From assembly GCA_963751455.1 (NCBI GenBank), contig CAVVUN010000015.1, positions 160,001 to 224,000 on the forward strand: a stretch of 64,000 nucleotides of DNA, written 5' to 3'. Each line of letters opens with the position of its first letter. Position 1 is the stretch's first letter. Below the pieces are notes generated by a model. The model saw nothing but the letters and a program-made list of their open reading frames with translations. It was not told the origin of the DNA and made no database searches. Both the position numbers and the translations under genes were made by a program. The stretch comes from Nitrospirota bacterium. GTDB taxonomy: Bacteria; Nitrospirota; UBA9217. Of the stretch, positions 51,371-62,023 are shown piece by piece.

Positions 51371-51878
51371 AGAGTTCGAATTTTATCATGGCGCCGTTTT
51401 TACATGTCTCTTGCATGGAATGCCGAGAGAGGTGTCCATACAATTGTTTCCTACTCAGGATAACGCATCTTATGTGATAGACAATAAAATAGGAATATAT
51501 ATTAAATACTCTTCCAAACGACTCTCGCCGTGGACCTTTTCATTCCAAAGCAGACACCAAGATGAAATTGCAGAGATGAAAAATAAAATAGGATTTGCTT
51601 TCGTACTTTTAGTTTGCAATGATGATGGCGTTGTTGTGTTAAGTTTTGAAGAGCTTAAACAGATTTTAGATCAATCTAATGGTGGGACAGAGTGGATCAG
51701 TGTTGCAAGGAACCGAAGGGAAATGTATTCCGTCAAAGGCTCAAATGGTAAATTGCAATTCAAAATTGGCAAAAATGATTTTCCCAGTAAAATATTTAAT
51801 CGCATCAATCAATCGCCGACAAAAAAAGAACAAGAAAGTGCTCATCTCAGAAGTGAGGGCAATATTCTTGTACCGTGA
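51363..51878 (+). CDS. Hypothetical protein, possible restriction-endonuclease-like fold
   Basis: Overlaps the Z1 gene; EFYHG..IYIKYS..PWTFSF. Confidence 0.55.
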   Translation: MIREFEFYHGAVFTCLLHGMPREVSIQLFPTQDNASYVIDNKIGIYIKYSSKRLSPWTFSFQSRHQDEIAEMKNKIGFAFVLLVCNDDGVVVLSFEELKQILDQSNGGTEWISVARNRREMYSVKGSNGKLQFKIGKNDFPSKIFNRINQSPTKKEQESAHLRSEGNILVP

Positions 51879-51879
51879 A

Positions 51880-52224
51880 ACATCCTCCAGCACATAAATA
51901 GCGATACAACTAGATCTGCCATGCTTACTGCCTCATGACCAATCATTACCACCTCCTGATCGAAACGCCTGATGGAAATCTCTCCCTCGGCATGCGCCAG
52001 TTGAATGGCATCTACACACAGCTCTTTAACAAACTGCACGGAAGGGTCGGTCACCTGTTTCAGGGAAGGTTCAAGGCGATACTGATCCAGAAAGATGGAA
52101 GCTCCCTGAACCGGCATGGAGCTTCGATTCACAATGTGAAATACGATCGTATTCGCTCTCTCCGATCACTCCAGAATTCTCATCTCCTCGAAGTTTGCCG
52201 GTATACGGTCTTAAATCCCGTCCG
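51880..52224 (+). pseudogene. RAYT/TIRYT transposase fragment 1
   Basis: MTNHYHLLIETP..FQGRFKAIL..YTVLNPVR; cut by IS66 end. Confidence 0.85.
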
Positions 52225-52725
52225 GTAACAGTTTAGCCCTTTCTCAATTGATAGAACCACACGGCCTAAAGAGAGCACCCCGCTCTTCACCCGGACCCGG
52301 AATGCAGAATTGCCCTGATTGTATTCTCGATTGGATTTCTTTTCAACTTGAATTGTTATACAAGGCGGCCTGTGCTGTTACGGTATCGGCCGTATGGAGG
52401 GTATGTAGGAATTCCCTTGGATGGACGCCCTGTCGTCGGGCGGTCTGTATGAGCGTGGGGATGATGCTGTGAGTTTTGAGCCCGCTGTCTGAACGGGTGC
52501 CGAAACAAACCTTCCTGAAGATCACCATTTTTCGCAGGGATTGTTCAGCGTGATTATTCGTAGGCGGTACGCCGGGAATCCGCAGGAACGTGAAAAGATG
52601 TTTTTGCTCAGGTCCGATCAGAAACGTCCGCAGAGTATCGGCAGGCTTGAACCGCAGCGGGTGTTTGCATATTTTCTTCAACTCCCGGACGAGCTTTTTC
52701 TCGATGCCCGCCGTCTCCTCCCGAA
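52225..52725 (-). mobile_element. IS66 remnant (tnpC 3' part and terminal repeat)
   Basis: PTNNHAEQSLR..RKVCFGTRS; GTAACAGTTTA end at 52225. Confidence 0.8.
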
Positions 52726-52786
52726 GAATCTTTAGGGTCAGGTCTTGTATATTGACATTTGCTTATTCTTTGTGCTATCGTAGCTC

Positions 52787-53866
52787 ATGTCCCGCCCCCT
52801 TCGCATAGAGTACGCTGGCGCAGTCTACCACGTAACATCTCGCGGCAATGAAAAGAAATCCGTATTCAGGACCGACCGGGACCGCGAGAACTTTTTGAAT
52901 ACCCTCCAGCATGTGACAAAAAAGTACAATTGGATCTGCCACGCTTATTGCCTCATGACCAATCATTACCACCTCTTGATCGAAACTCCAGATGGCAACT
53001 TATCCCTCGGTATGCGCCAGTTGAATGGGGTCTATACACAGCTTTTTAACAAATTGCACGGTCGGATCGGCCATCTTTTTCAAGGCCGGTTCAAGTTCTC
53101 AGATTGAAGCTCCCTGAATCAGCATGGAGCTTCGATTCTCAATGTGAAATACGATCGTATTCGCTCACTCCGTTCACTCCAGAATTCTCATCTCCTTGAA
53201 GTCTGTCGATATACGGTTCTCAATCCGATCCGGGCCAGGATGGTGCAAAGACCGTATGACTGGGCATGGTCCAGTTACCTGGCAACAGTCGGGAAAGTGA
53301 AGCCCCATGCCTGCCTGACCACGGACTGGGTTCTCGGTCAGTTTAGCGGGAAAAGGGGGAAGGCGGAGAAGGAGTATCGGAACTTCGTTCAATGGGGAAT
53401 CGGGAAGAAGACGATCTGGACGGAGGTCCGGGGACAGGCTCTCCTGGGCGAGGATGCCTTTGTGGATAAGCTTGTTGATCACCTAAAAAAACACAAGAAC
53501 ATTCCTGAAATTCCGAGAAGCCAGCGGTTTTCTACGAGACCCCCACTTGAAAAGATCTTCCCGGAGAGTGTCAGAAGAAAGAAGGGACCCATCCCCACAC
53601 CCTACACTCGCGCTTGCGCACTCGTAGCCGCTGGGCGCAAGTCCCCAGCCCTCCCGCTAACAACCCACCCTCATCCCGTCCTTCCCCCTGAGGTGGAAGG
53701 AGTGGCGGACAAGGATAATTCTATCGGGAGGGAGAAGCAGAAGCGGGATATGAAGATCGCTGAAGCCGTTCAAAAGCACGGGTATATGCAGAGCGAAGTA
53801 GCCCGGCATCTCAGTCTGCATACGGCAACTGTAAGCAGGCTGGTGTGGCTAGGGAAGAACAAGTAA
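52787..53866 (+). pseudogene. RAYT/TIRYT HUH transposase copy 2, interrupted
   Basis: MSRPLRIEY, HVTSRGN, NHYHL; stop at mini-element junction near 53105; extra in-frame insert ~53573-53734. Confidence 0.88.
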
Positions 53867-53954
53867 TAAATAGGGAGGAAGAGGAATGCCCGGTAATGTT
53901 CGCGGCGTGATTGGCGCTTGTTTTTTTTAAAGAACTTTGCTATTCTATCACAGT

Positions 53955-54263
53955 ATGAAGATCACTTTGCCGAAAGAGAAACTCGCCGAGTTCTGTAGTC
54001 GCTGGAAAATCACCGAATTTGCCCTTTTCGGATCGGTGCTTCGAGATGATTTCGGGCCTACGAGCGACGTGGATGTGCTCGTGACGTTCGCTTCAGATGC
54101 TCATTGGAGCCTGCTCGACCATGTGAATATGCAGGACGAACTGAAGGCGCTGTTCGGCAGAAACGTCGATCTGGTCAACCGCCGCGGCATAGAGCGGAGC
54201 CGCAACCCCATTCGTCGCAGAGATATCCTCGATTCCGCCGAGGTCATCTATGCAGCAGCGTGA
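53955..54263 (+). CDS. MNT nucleotidyltransferase antitoxin
   Basis: FGSVLRDDF..SDVDVLV. Confidence 0.9.
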   Translation: MKITLPKEKLAEFCSRWKITEFALFGSVLRDDFGPTSDVDVLVTFASDAHWSLLDHVNMQDELKALFGRNVDLVNRRGIERSRNPIRRRDILDSAEVIYAAA

Positions 54264-54591
54264 CCCCAGCCATCTCACCGATATCCTTCAAGCTGCAAAA
54301 CAGATACAGAATTTCCTTCAGGGCATTGATAAAGAACAGTTTGACGGCAGTGCGTTGATACAATCGGCCGTCATACGGCAGATTGAGATCATTGGTGAGG
54401 CGTCAAAGCGGCTCTCTGAACCATTCCGCTCGGCCAATCCGCATATACCGTGGAGACAGATCGCGGGAATGCGGGACCTGCTTATTCATGCCTATGACCA
54501 CGTGGACATCGATGAGGTCTGGAATGCGGCCCGGTCCGATATCCCTTCTTTGATATCCTGGATAGAACCTCTTATCAATAAATCCGTTTGA
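54250..54591 (+). CDS. DUF86/HepT-like HEPN RNase toxin
   Basis: EIIGEA, IPWRQIAGMRDLLIHAY (RxxxxH). Confidence 0.9.
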   Translation: MQQRDPSHLTDILQAAKQIQNFLQGIDKEQFDGSALIQSAVIRQIEIIGEASKRLSEPFRSANPHIPWRQIAGMRDLLIHAYDHVDIDEVWNAARSDIPSLISWIEPLINKSV

Positions 54592-54599
54592 GATCACAT

Positions 54600-55334
54600 C
54601 CACTTAACCTCTTTCAGGGCAGGTTTAAGGCCAGCCTATTGAAGCTCCATGAAGCAACACGGAGCTTCGATTCCTAATGTGAAATTCGATCGTATCCGCT
54701 CGTTCCACTCGCTCCAGAATGGAGCGCCCCTTCAACATTGGGAGCTCGATTCTCAGAGTGTTAATCATTGTCGTATTCGTTCGCTCTGCTTACTCCAGAA
54801 TTCAGAAATCATTTTCTGGAAGTCTGCCGCTATACGGTCTTAAATCCTGTCCGGGCGAGGATGGTGCAAAGACCGGAAGACTGGGCATGTTCCAGTTACC
54901 TGGCAACAGCAGGGAAATCGAAGCCCCATGCTTGCCTGACCACGGACTGGGTTCTCGGTCAGTTTGGCGGGAAAAGAGGGAAGGCAGAGAAGGACTATCG
55001 TCAATTCGTTCAGTGGGGGATCGGAAAGAAGACAATCTGGCAGAAGTCCGGGGCCAGGCGCTTTTAGGCGAGGATGACTTTGTTGACAAACTCGTCGATC
55101 ACCTCAAGGCACAAGCATATCCCCGAGATCCCGAGAAGCCAGCGGTTTTCTACGAGACCCCCACTTGAAAAGATCTTCCCGGAGAGTGTCACGAGCAACA
55201 AGCGCAAACGGGATAAGAAGATCGCTGCAGCAGTTCAAAAGCACGGGTATATGCAAAGTGAGATCGCCCGGCACCTCGGTTTGCATGTGGGCACGATAAG
55301 CAAGCTGCTGCGGGCGAAGAAAAGTGAGCAGTGA
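54600..55334 (+). pseudogene. RAYT/TIRYT transposase fragment 3
   Basis: 3' half with two tandem mini-elements and frameshifts. Confidence 0.8.
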
Positions 55335-55341
55335 AGCATAA

Positions 55342-57300
55342 ATGAGAAGCGGTAAAAAACGGGGTCAGGCGCGCCGGGTGCATGCAAGAAAAAAATTTCG
55401 TGAACTCACATGGGCACACCTTGAAGACTGGGCCGGACAAAAGATCGTATCCCGCGGGATGTCCTATCATAAGGGCGGGTCAGTGCGGGATTTGGCCGAA
55501 ACCTCCGAGGGCAGCATTATCGCCTGGGTGCAGGGGTCGGAAAACTACGCGACAAAGGTTTCGCGTGAACAGGGACGGCTTTCATCAGAATGCACCTGTC
55601 CCTACGGCGGAACCTGCAAGCATGCTGTCTCGGTCGTCCTCGAATACCTTGACCGGATTAAAAATAACGTTGAAATGCCTTTGGCAGGCGAAGATGACGA
55701 GCGGCTCAATCTCCTCGAGGATGAGCCGCCGGTAGGGGAGGACTATGATGACGACATAGAAACAGATGGGGGAGAGGACGATGAATTGATCGAAGAGGCC
55801 GAGCTTGCGCTTGCCGGCATTGATTCAGCCCTCAAGAAGAAGTCCAGGAAGGAATTGCAGTCAATGCTGGCCGGAATCCTCAAAGACCACCCTGAAATAA
55901 CGAAAGAACGGGGACTTGCGACAGCATCTCCCGGGAAAAAAGGCTGTCCCGCTTTGGTTAAGGCTGTGACCAGGGCCATTATCATCGTCAGCAGCGAACC
56001 GGGATGGCGAAACTACTGGAAGCACGAAGGCCATACACCCGATTATTCTCCTGTGCGCGAAGGCCTGCAGCAGCTTCTCGATGAAGCATGCGCGGATGAC
56101 GTTGTACGGTTGGGAGAAAAGCTGTTTGAAAGAGGGATAGCACAAATCGAACAGTCTCATGATGAAGGCGAGACCGCGGAAGAGATAGCCGAGACCATGC
56201 CGATCCTCTTCAAGGCCCTTGCCAAATGTTCCTTGTCCGATCCGGACAAACTGGAACGCGCCGTCGATTTCGGTTTGCGGGATGACTACGACCTCTGCCG
56301 TGGCCTTGAAGAGTTTATGGGGCGCAGGTTCGGGAAAAAGGCATGGAGCAGCCTGGCAGACCGTCTTCTTGCAAGGCTGCACCACATGAAACAGGAAAGG
56401 CAGGAAGACTCATTCTCGCGGAATTATAAGCGTGACCGCTTGTCTGATGAAATCATCCGGGCGTTGGAAAATGCGGATAGAGAAGAGGAAGCCGTTGCTG
56501 TCTGTTTTCAAGAAGCGGAAGCGTCCGGCAGCTTTGAGCGTCTGGTAAAGAAGCTGCGGGGCGCCGGCCGGGTGGCTGAGGCGGAAGAGTGGATCCGAAA
56601 AGGAGTGAAGGCAACACAGGACAGATGGCCGGGGATTGCATCCGCTTTGAAAAAAGAACTGCTGGATATCCGGCAGCGGAAGAGGGATTGGCTGTTTGTT
56701 GCAGCCCTCCGTGCCGATGATTTCTTAGATAATCCATGCCTGAAAACCTTCAAGGACCTTCAAACCGCTTCCGAAAAGTCGAAGGTTTGGCGGGAGGTCC
56801 GTGATGCAAGCCTGAAATTTCTCGAGACGGGCGAATGTCCTGTTGGAAAGCCCGGATGGCCCCTGCCCGGTACGGGCATCGGGAATATTCAAAAGACCCG
56901 GATGGGAAAGCCGCCGTTTACCGATAGCCTGATCGATATTGCTATTGAAGAGAAGCGGGTTGACGATATCGTACGGTGGCATGACGTCAAGCAAGAAAAA
57001 AAGGCATGGTCCAATAGATATCGAGACGACACGGTGGCAACCGCTATCGCTCATAAATATCCGGACAGAGCAATCGCAATCTGGAAGGATATCGCCGAGG
57101 GGCTTATTGCACAAACCAATGTCAACATTTACGGCGAGGCCGTGTCCTATATCAGGAAAGTTCAAAAAGCTCTGGACGGGCTTAACAGATCGGGCGAGTG
57201 GGCTGCCTATCTGAATGATCTGACCGAGACACACCGGAGAAAATCGCGGTTTATTCAAAAGCTGAACGTCCTTACAGGGAAACCGATTGTTTCGAAATAA
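55342..57300 (+). CDS. SWIM zinc-finger protein
   Basis: CTCP...CKH motif, helical repeats, HRRKSRF C-terminus. Confidence 0.85.
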   Translation: MRSGKKRGQARRVHARKKFRELTWAHLEDWAGQKIVSRGMSYHKGGSVRDLAETSEGSIIAWVQGSENYATKVSREQGRLSSECTCPYGGTCKHAVSVVLEYLDRIKNNVEMPLAGEDDERLNLLEDEPPVGEDYDDDIETDGGEDDELIEEAELALAGIDSALKKKSRKELQSMLAGILKDHPEITKERGLATASPGKKGCPALVKAVTRAIIIVSSEPGWRNYWKHEGHTPDYSPVREGLQQLLDEACADDVVRLGEKLFERGIAQIEQSHDEGETAEEIAETMPILFKALAKCSLSDPDKLERAVDFGLRDDYDLCRGLEEFMGRRFGKKAWSSLADRLLARLHHMKQERQEDSFSRNYKRDRLSDEIIRALENADREEEAVAVCFQEAEASGSFERLVKKLRGAGRVAEAEEWIRKGVKATQDRWPGIASALKKELLDIRQRKRDWLFVAALRADDFLDNPCLKTFKDLQTASEKSKVWREVRDASLKFLETGECPVGKPGWPLPGTGIGNIQKTRMGKPPFTDSLIDIAIEEKRVDDIVRWHDVKQEKKAWSNRYRDDTVATAIAHKYPDRAIAIWKDIAEGLIAQTNVNIYGEAVSYIRKVQKALDGLNRSGEWAAYLNDLTETHRRKSRFIQKLNVLTGKPIVSK

Positions 57301-57492
57301 ATATGGAGAATCCGGCTAGACCTCAAGAATCGGTCTTGTGGCCAAAGCATAATCCTGAATCTCCTTTACAATTAAACCGGTTTATTGTACTTTTATGACA
57401 GATGATACAATCTATAGACGCATACGAGAAATGCCATGAGTCCAAAAATTCAGATGTAAACAGGTCTAGAGCGAAAATAAGAAGATCAAAAA

Positions 57493-57753
57493 ATGAATTT
57501 TAAGTTCACCCGGCATGCAGAAGAGGAAATGCAACGGCGACAAATTCCGCACTCAGTCGTCCAAGCCTTGTTGGAAAAGCCTGATGAGATAGTGGACGAA
57601 TACGGCAATAAGAAAGCTTATCAGTCGCAAATCGATATGGGAAGCGGTAAAATATATCTTGTTCGCGTGATTGTGGATGACATGGCAGAACCGAAAAGGG
57701 TTGTTACAGTTTATCGAACGAGCAAGATCGCAAGATATTGGAGGAAATCATGA
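57493..57753 (+). CDS. DUF4258 (RelE-like) toxin
   Basis: FTRHAEEEM..R.I...VVTVY. Confidence 0.75.
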   Translation: MNFKFTRHAEEEMQRRQIPHSVVQALLEKPDEIVDEYGNKKAYQSQIDMGSGKIYLVRVIVDDMAEPKRVVTVYRTSKIARYWRKS

Positions 57754-57947
57754 AAATTACATATGATCCCGATGTCGATATTCTTCGCATTGTTTTCAGC
57801 GACGCGCCGGTTGAAGAGAGCGACGAGGAAAAACCGGGTGTAATTCTCGATTTTGATAAGAGCGGCAATGTGATTGGTCTGGAGATCCTCGATGCCTCCC
57901 GCCGCATGGAAAATCCGAGGTCCGTGGAATACGCGGTGTCCGGGTGA
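57750..57947 (+). CDS. DUF2283 antitoxin-like protein
   Basis: YDPDVDIL..GNVIGLEILDAS. Confidence 0.85.
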   Translation: MKITYDPDVDILRIVFSDAPVEESDEEKPGVILDFDKSGNVIGLEILDASRRMENPRSVEYAVSG

Positions 57948-58080
57948 TCCCATCCTGATGGAATACCTGCTCCTTATCATGATCGGAATCTACTCGATCG
58001 TGTCCATGTCCTTGAACGAGAGTCTTTAGGGTCAGGTCTTGCCTGTTGACATTTGCTTATTTTATGTGCTATCGTAGCTT

Positions 58081-59129
58081 ATGTCCCGCCCCCTTCGTAT
58101 TGAATATGCCGGTGCTGTCTACCATGTAACCTCCCGCGGAAACGAAAAGAAACCCGTCTTCAGGTCAGATCAGGACCGCGAAAACTTTCTCAACACCCTT
58201 CAGCACGTTAACAAGCGCTACAACTGGATCTGTCACACTTACTGTCTCATGACGAATCATTACCACCTTCTGATCGAGACGCCAGATGGCAACCTGTCCC
58301 TTGGAATGCGCCAACTGAACGGGGTCTACACGCAGCTCTTTAACAAGCTGCATGGAAGGACCGGCCACCTGTTTCAAGGCAGGTTCAAGGCCATCCTGAT
58401 CCAGAAAGATGGAAGCTCCCTGAACCGGCATGGAGCTTCGATTCACAATGTGAAATACGATCGTATTCGCTCACTCCGTTCACTCCAGAATTCTCATCTC
58501 CTCGAAGTCTGCCGGTATACGGTCCTCAATCCAGTCAGGGCAAAAAAGGTGCAAAGACCCGAAGACTGGGCATGGTCCAGTTGCCTGGCAACAGCAGGGA
58601 AAGCGAAGCCCCATGCCTGCCTGACCACGGACTGGGTTCTCGGTCAGTTTGGCGGGAAAAGGAGTAAGGCGGAGAAAGAGTATCGCAAGTTGGTTCACCC
58701 CGTTAGAGAAAGCCACCGATTTGTATCAGCGGTTATTATCTTATAGTTACAGTATTGTTAAAGCTATTATCTGCTAACGATAACTTGTTGTTCTCTAACG
58801 GGGTAAAGTGGGGAATCGGAAAGAAGACGATCTGGACCGAGGTTCGGGGACAGACGCTTTTGGGCGAGGATGACTTCATTGATAAGCTTGTCGATCACCT
58901 CAAGAAACACAAGAACATCCCCGATATCCCGAGGAGCCAGCGGTTCGCGACAAGACCTTCTCTTGAAAAGATCTTTCCGGAGAGCGTCACGAGCAACAAG
59001 CGCAAACGGGATATGAAGATCGCTGAAGCCGTTCAAAAGCACGGGTATATGCAGAGTGAAGTTGCCAGGCATCTGGGGTTGCATTATGGGACGATAAGCA
59101 GGCTGGTTCGGACCGTTAAGAAGGAGTAA
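58081..59129 (+). pseudogene. RAYT/TIRYT HUH transposase copy 4 with two insertions
   Basis: Full-length homology; in-frame 81-nt insert at 58411-58491 and disrupting MITE at 58697-58804; upstream end motif and TTGACA promoter. Confidence 0.88.
58697..58804. mobile_element. MITE with 14-bp perfect TIR
   Basis: ACCCCGTTAGAGAA...TTCTCTAACGGGGT; collapsed relative near 62246-62271. Confidence 0.8.
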
Positions 59130-59252
59130 CATTTCGAGTGCGGATTGCGGAATTAAAAGCCTGCATGCCTGGCAATGTAATCAGACTTCGAGAAGCAGTT
59201 GAATGTTAGAAGTAAGAGGGGGGGGTGAGGCGATGCTATCGGGGAAAAGGGT

Positions 59253-59618
59253 TCAGTCTATCGGCAGGGGGCACCGCCTGATGCGGGTTTTATCCACAAC
59301 GGTTATCGCGTGTTCGAGTTTCTCTTCGGTTTGCCGTTCAAGTACACGTTGGAGCAGAGAAAGCATCTCCTGCTCGCTGTAGTTCCCGCCCCGAAATAGT
59401 ATGATCCCCGGATCAGCGGCATGGCTTCGGGCGAGAAGTTGAGGAAAATCGAGGTCAGCAGTAATGATGATGCGACTTTGTTTTCTTGCGATTTCGGCGA
59501 TGTCTTTATCCTTTGCTTTATGGAGACCTATTTCCGAGGCATGAACCGCATCATGGCCCTCTTGCTTGAGCCATGCGGAAAGTTGAGGAGAGACAGGCAT
59601 GTCAACGAGGAAGTTCAT
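59253..59618 (-). CDS. DUF5615 PIN-like toxin
   Basis: FLVDMPVS..GHDAVH..IITADLDF. Confidence 0.85.
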   Translation of the reverse strand: MNFLVDMPVSPQLSAWLKQEGHDAVHASEIGLHKAKDKDIAEIARKQSRIIITADLDFPQLLARSHAADPGIILFRGGNYSEQEMLSLLQRVLERQTEEKLEHAITVVDKTRIRRCPLPID

Positions 59619-59836
59619 GCGAACTCCACTATCTCCTCGTTGGCGAACGCGGCTGCATACGCTAGTGATTCATCAATGTCCTCAGGTTCGAGATAGGGGT
59701 AGGCTTTCAGGATGGACTCCTTGGTTTCACCGGCCGAAAGCAGTCCAAGGATCCGGGACACAGGGAACCTCAATCCTCTTATGCAGGGTTTGCCAAAAAA
59801 CACTTCAGAGTCAACCGTTATTCTTTTAAACTTCAT
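59615..59836 (-). CDS. DUF433 antitoxin
   Basis: GKPCIRGLRFPV..YPYLEPEDI. Confidence 0.9.
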   Translation of the reverse strand: MKFKRITVDSEVFFGKPCIRGLRFPVSRILGLLSAGETKESILKAYPYLEPEDIDESLAYAAAFANEEIVEFA

Positions 59837-60140
59837 GGTATTCTCCTTTTGCTCCAGCGCATTAATAATAAGTTAACAAAGAATGGCTTTATTTGCAAAT
59901 GAAAAAGCGCGGACCTTAAAACCCAAAAAAGTGGCCGCGCGCGGAAACGATCTTAAGCCCTTGGTCCGATCTCATCCCGAAGGATTTTTTGCGGAAGATC
60001 TCCATTGCCTGGAATGCGGAATTGGGAAGACATTGAAGCCTTGTTGAGGTTGAAGGGCTACGACGTTGTGAGCGCTCACGAAGTCCAGAAACAAAGCCTT
60101 TTAGATCATCAGCAACTGACCTTTGCTGTTTCTCACTCTC

Positions 60141-60815
60141 TTACGTCCTTCCTGATTTTATCTTCACGAAATCGTCAATCTCCTTTATTTCATCAGGGGA
60201 AATCCTGTTGAACTTCATACCGTACTGCTTCATACCCGGTTGTTCCCCATCGGTCATGCGCACGATTTCACCGGGGAGCGAGACCTGCTTGTTGCCCGGA
60301 AGGAAGAACGAGCACTGCAGCCTGACTCCAAGAGCAAGATCTCGGTCTGTTTCGAGCAGCAGGCCGGCTGCGCTGATGTTTTTCAATCTGCAGAAAAAAG
60401 GCCGTTCAGTGCTGCCTTCGAATGCGGCGCTGATAAGGACTTTGTAGGTTCCGCGCAATGGAGTGCTCAGGAAAAAACGTGCTTTTTCGAACAGGAGTGT
60501 TCTGTTCACCGGCAGGGTCATGATCACATTCGGCCGACATTGTTCAGCGCGCAGCTTTTCGTCCGTCAGGTCATTGCAGAAGAGGATCAGTGAAACCTCC
60601 CGGAGCGCGGCGTCATTCCTGATCTCGGCAAACAAACGCTCACTCTGCATGCCGGGCGCATCCAGCCGGGATATGATGACGTTTACATTTTCCGCTCGGT
60701 GCAGGGAAAGCAGTTCATCATTCGTCCCAGCAACAAACAATTGCAGGTCCGGTTGCTGCCTCACCCACGCGTCCAGCATGGTTTCGAGTGTTTTATCGAC
60801 CAGGATCTTTTTCAT
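60141..60815 (-). CDS. Degenerate receiver domain plus PilZ domain protein
   Basis: KKILV N-terminus; NISAAG and YGMKF PilZ motifs. Confidence 0.7.
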   Translation of the reverse strand: MKKILVDKTLETMLDAWVRQQPDLQLFVAGTNDELLSLHRAENVNVIISRLDAPGMQSERLFAEIRNDAALREVSLILFCNDLTDEKLRAEQCRPNVIMTLPVNRTLLFEKARFFLSTPLRGTYKVLISAAFEGSTERPFFCRLKNISAAGLLLETDRDLALGVRLQCSFFLPGNKQVSLPGEIVRMTDGEQPGMKQYGMKFNRISPDEIKEIDDFVKIKSGRT

Positions 60816-60948
60816 GGCTTTTCCCAGCGCTCTTGAACGGAATTAGTATAGCATATCGGATATATTTCCGAAAGCAGATCGTGCGAATTGTTGCAGACGG
60901 CAACCGCACGTGGTATAATCGTTGGAAATAAAGTTCAGGAGAGAATCT

Positions 60949-61836
60949 ATGAGACTGGTGACGCGGGGGGACCTTGACGGCCTGGTGGCAGCTGTTCTGA
61001 TCACCACGATGGAGCAGGTCCACGAGGTGGAGTTGCTTCATCCCCAGGAAATTACGGACGGCAAGTTCGACATCAGGGAGGACGATATCCTTTCCAATCT
61101 GCCGTATCATCCTGCCTGTGGGATGTGGTTCGATCACCATGAACTCACCGAGAGCAACAGGAAGCCGCCCGAGACTTTCCGCGGTAAGCACGCTCTCCTG
61201 CCGAGCGTGGCCCGTGTGGTGTACGATTACTACGCATCCGAAAAGCTTTCGCGCTATGAACCACTCGTAGCCGAGACTGACCGGTTCGACTCCGCGCAGC
61301 TTTCGGTCCAGGATATTTCGGACCCGCAGGGCGCAATTCTCCTCGGCTTCGCAATCGATCCGCGGACCGGGCTTGGATTCAACAAAAGCTTGTTCAGAGA
61401 ACTCATAGAACTGCTGAAGACCGCGGACATGGACAAGGTCCTGGCAATGCCCGAGATTGTGCGACGGGTCGCCCTCTGCAGGGAAAACGACCTGTTGGCC
61501 GTGCGGGCACTCCAAAGGTATTCCCGGATCGACGGCAATGTCATCATTACCGATTTCCGAAATGCCGCAAAACCGCCCGTGGGCAACCGCTTTCTGATCT
61601 ATCTCATTTACCCGCAGGGAAATGTATCGGTACGTGTTCAGTGGGGACCGCGGAAGGAAAACGTTGCTGTGACCCTGGGACACAGCATTATAAACCGGAC
61701 GTGCACGACCCATATCGGCCACCTCTGCAGCGACTACGGAGGAGGCGGGCATCGCGGGGCAGGCGCCTGCACCTTGACACTTAAAGAGGCTGACCGGAGC
61801 ATCAGCGACATCGTGCGGATATTAAAGGAAGGATGA
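60949..61836 (+). CDS. DHH-family phosphoesterase (exopolyphosphatase-like)
   Basis: RGDLDG, FDHH, GGGGH. Confidence 0.85.
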   Translation: MRLVTRGDLDGLVAAVLITTMEQVHEVELLHPQEITDGKFDIREDDILSNLPYHPACGMWFDHHELTESNRKPPETFRGKHALLPSVARVVYDYYASEKLSRYEPLVAETDRFDSAQLSVQDISDPQGAILLGFAIDPRTGLGFNKSLFRELIELLKTADMDKVLAMPEIVRRVALCRENDLLAVRALQRYSRIDGNVIITDFRNAAKPPVGNRFLIYLIYPQGNVSVRVQWGPRKENVAVTLGHSIINRTCTTHIGHLCSDYGGGGHRGAGACTLTLKEADRSISDIVRILKEG

Positions 61837-61948
61837 AAGGACGATCAGATAGCGGCTCATTTGAATTTGCATTATTCAACGATCAGCAATCTGATTAGAG
61901 GGAAGCGTACACCAGACCTGACACTTATGGCGCTTCGGGGGTGGAAAA

Positions 61949-62023
61949 ATGAACGCAGTGCTCGATGCGATCAAGAAGAGACGCGCTATCCGGGCCTATG
62001 AGGCAAAGCCGGTACCCCGTTAA
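61949..62023 (+). pseudogene. Nitroreductase N-terminal fragment
   Basis: MNAVLDAIKKRRAIRAYEAKPVP, then stop. Confidence 0.55.

Noticed and set aside
60005-60140. Functional DUF5615 gene
   Set aside because: Only a short internal fragment (GYDVVSAHEV..QQL) that runs into the convergent gene
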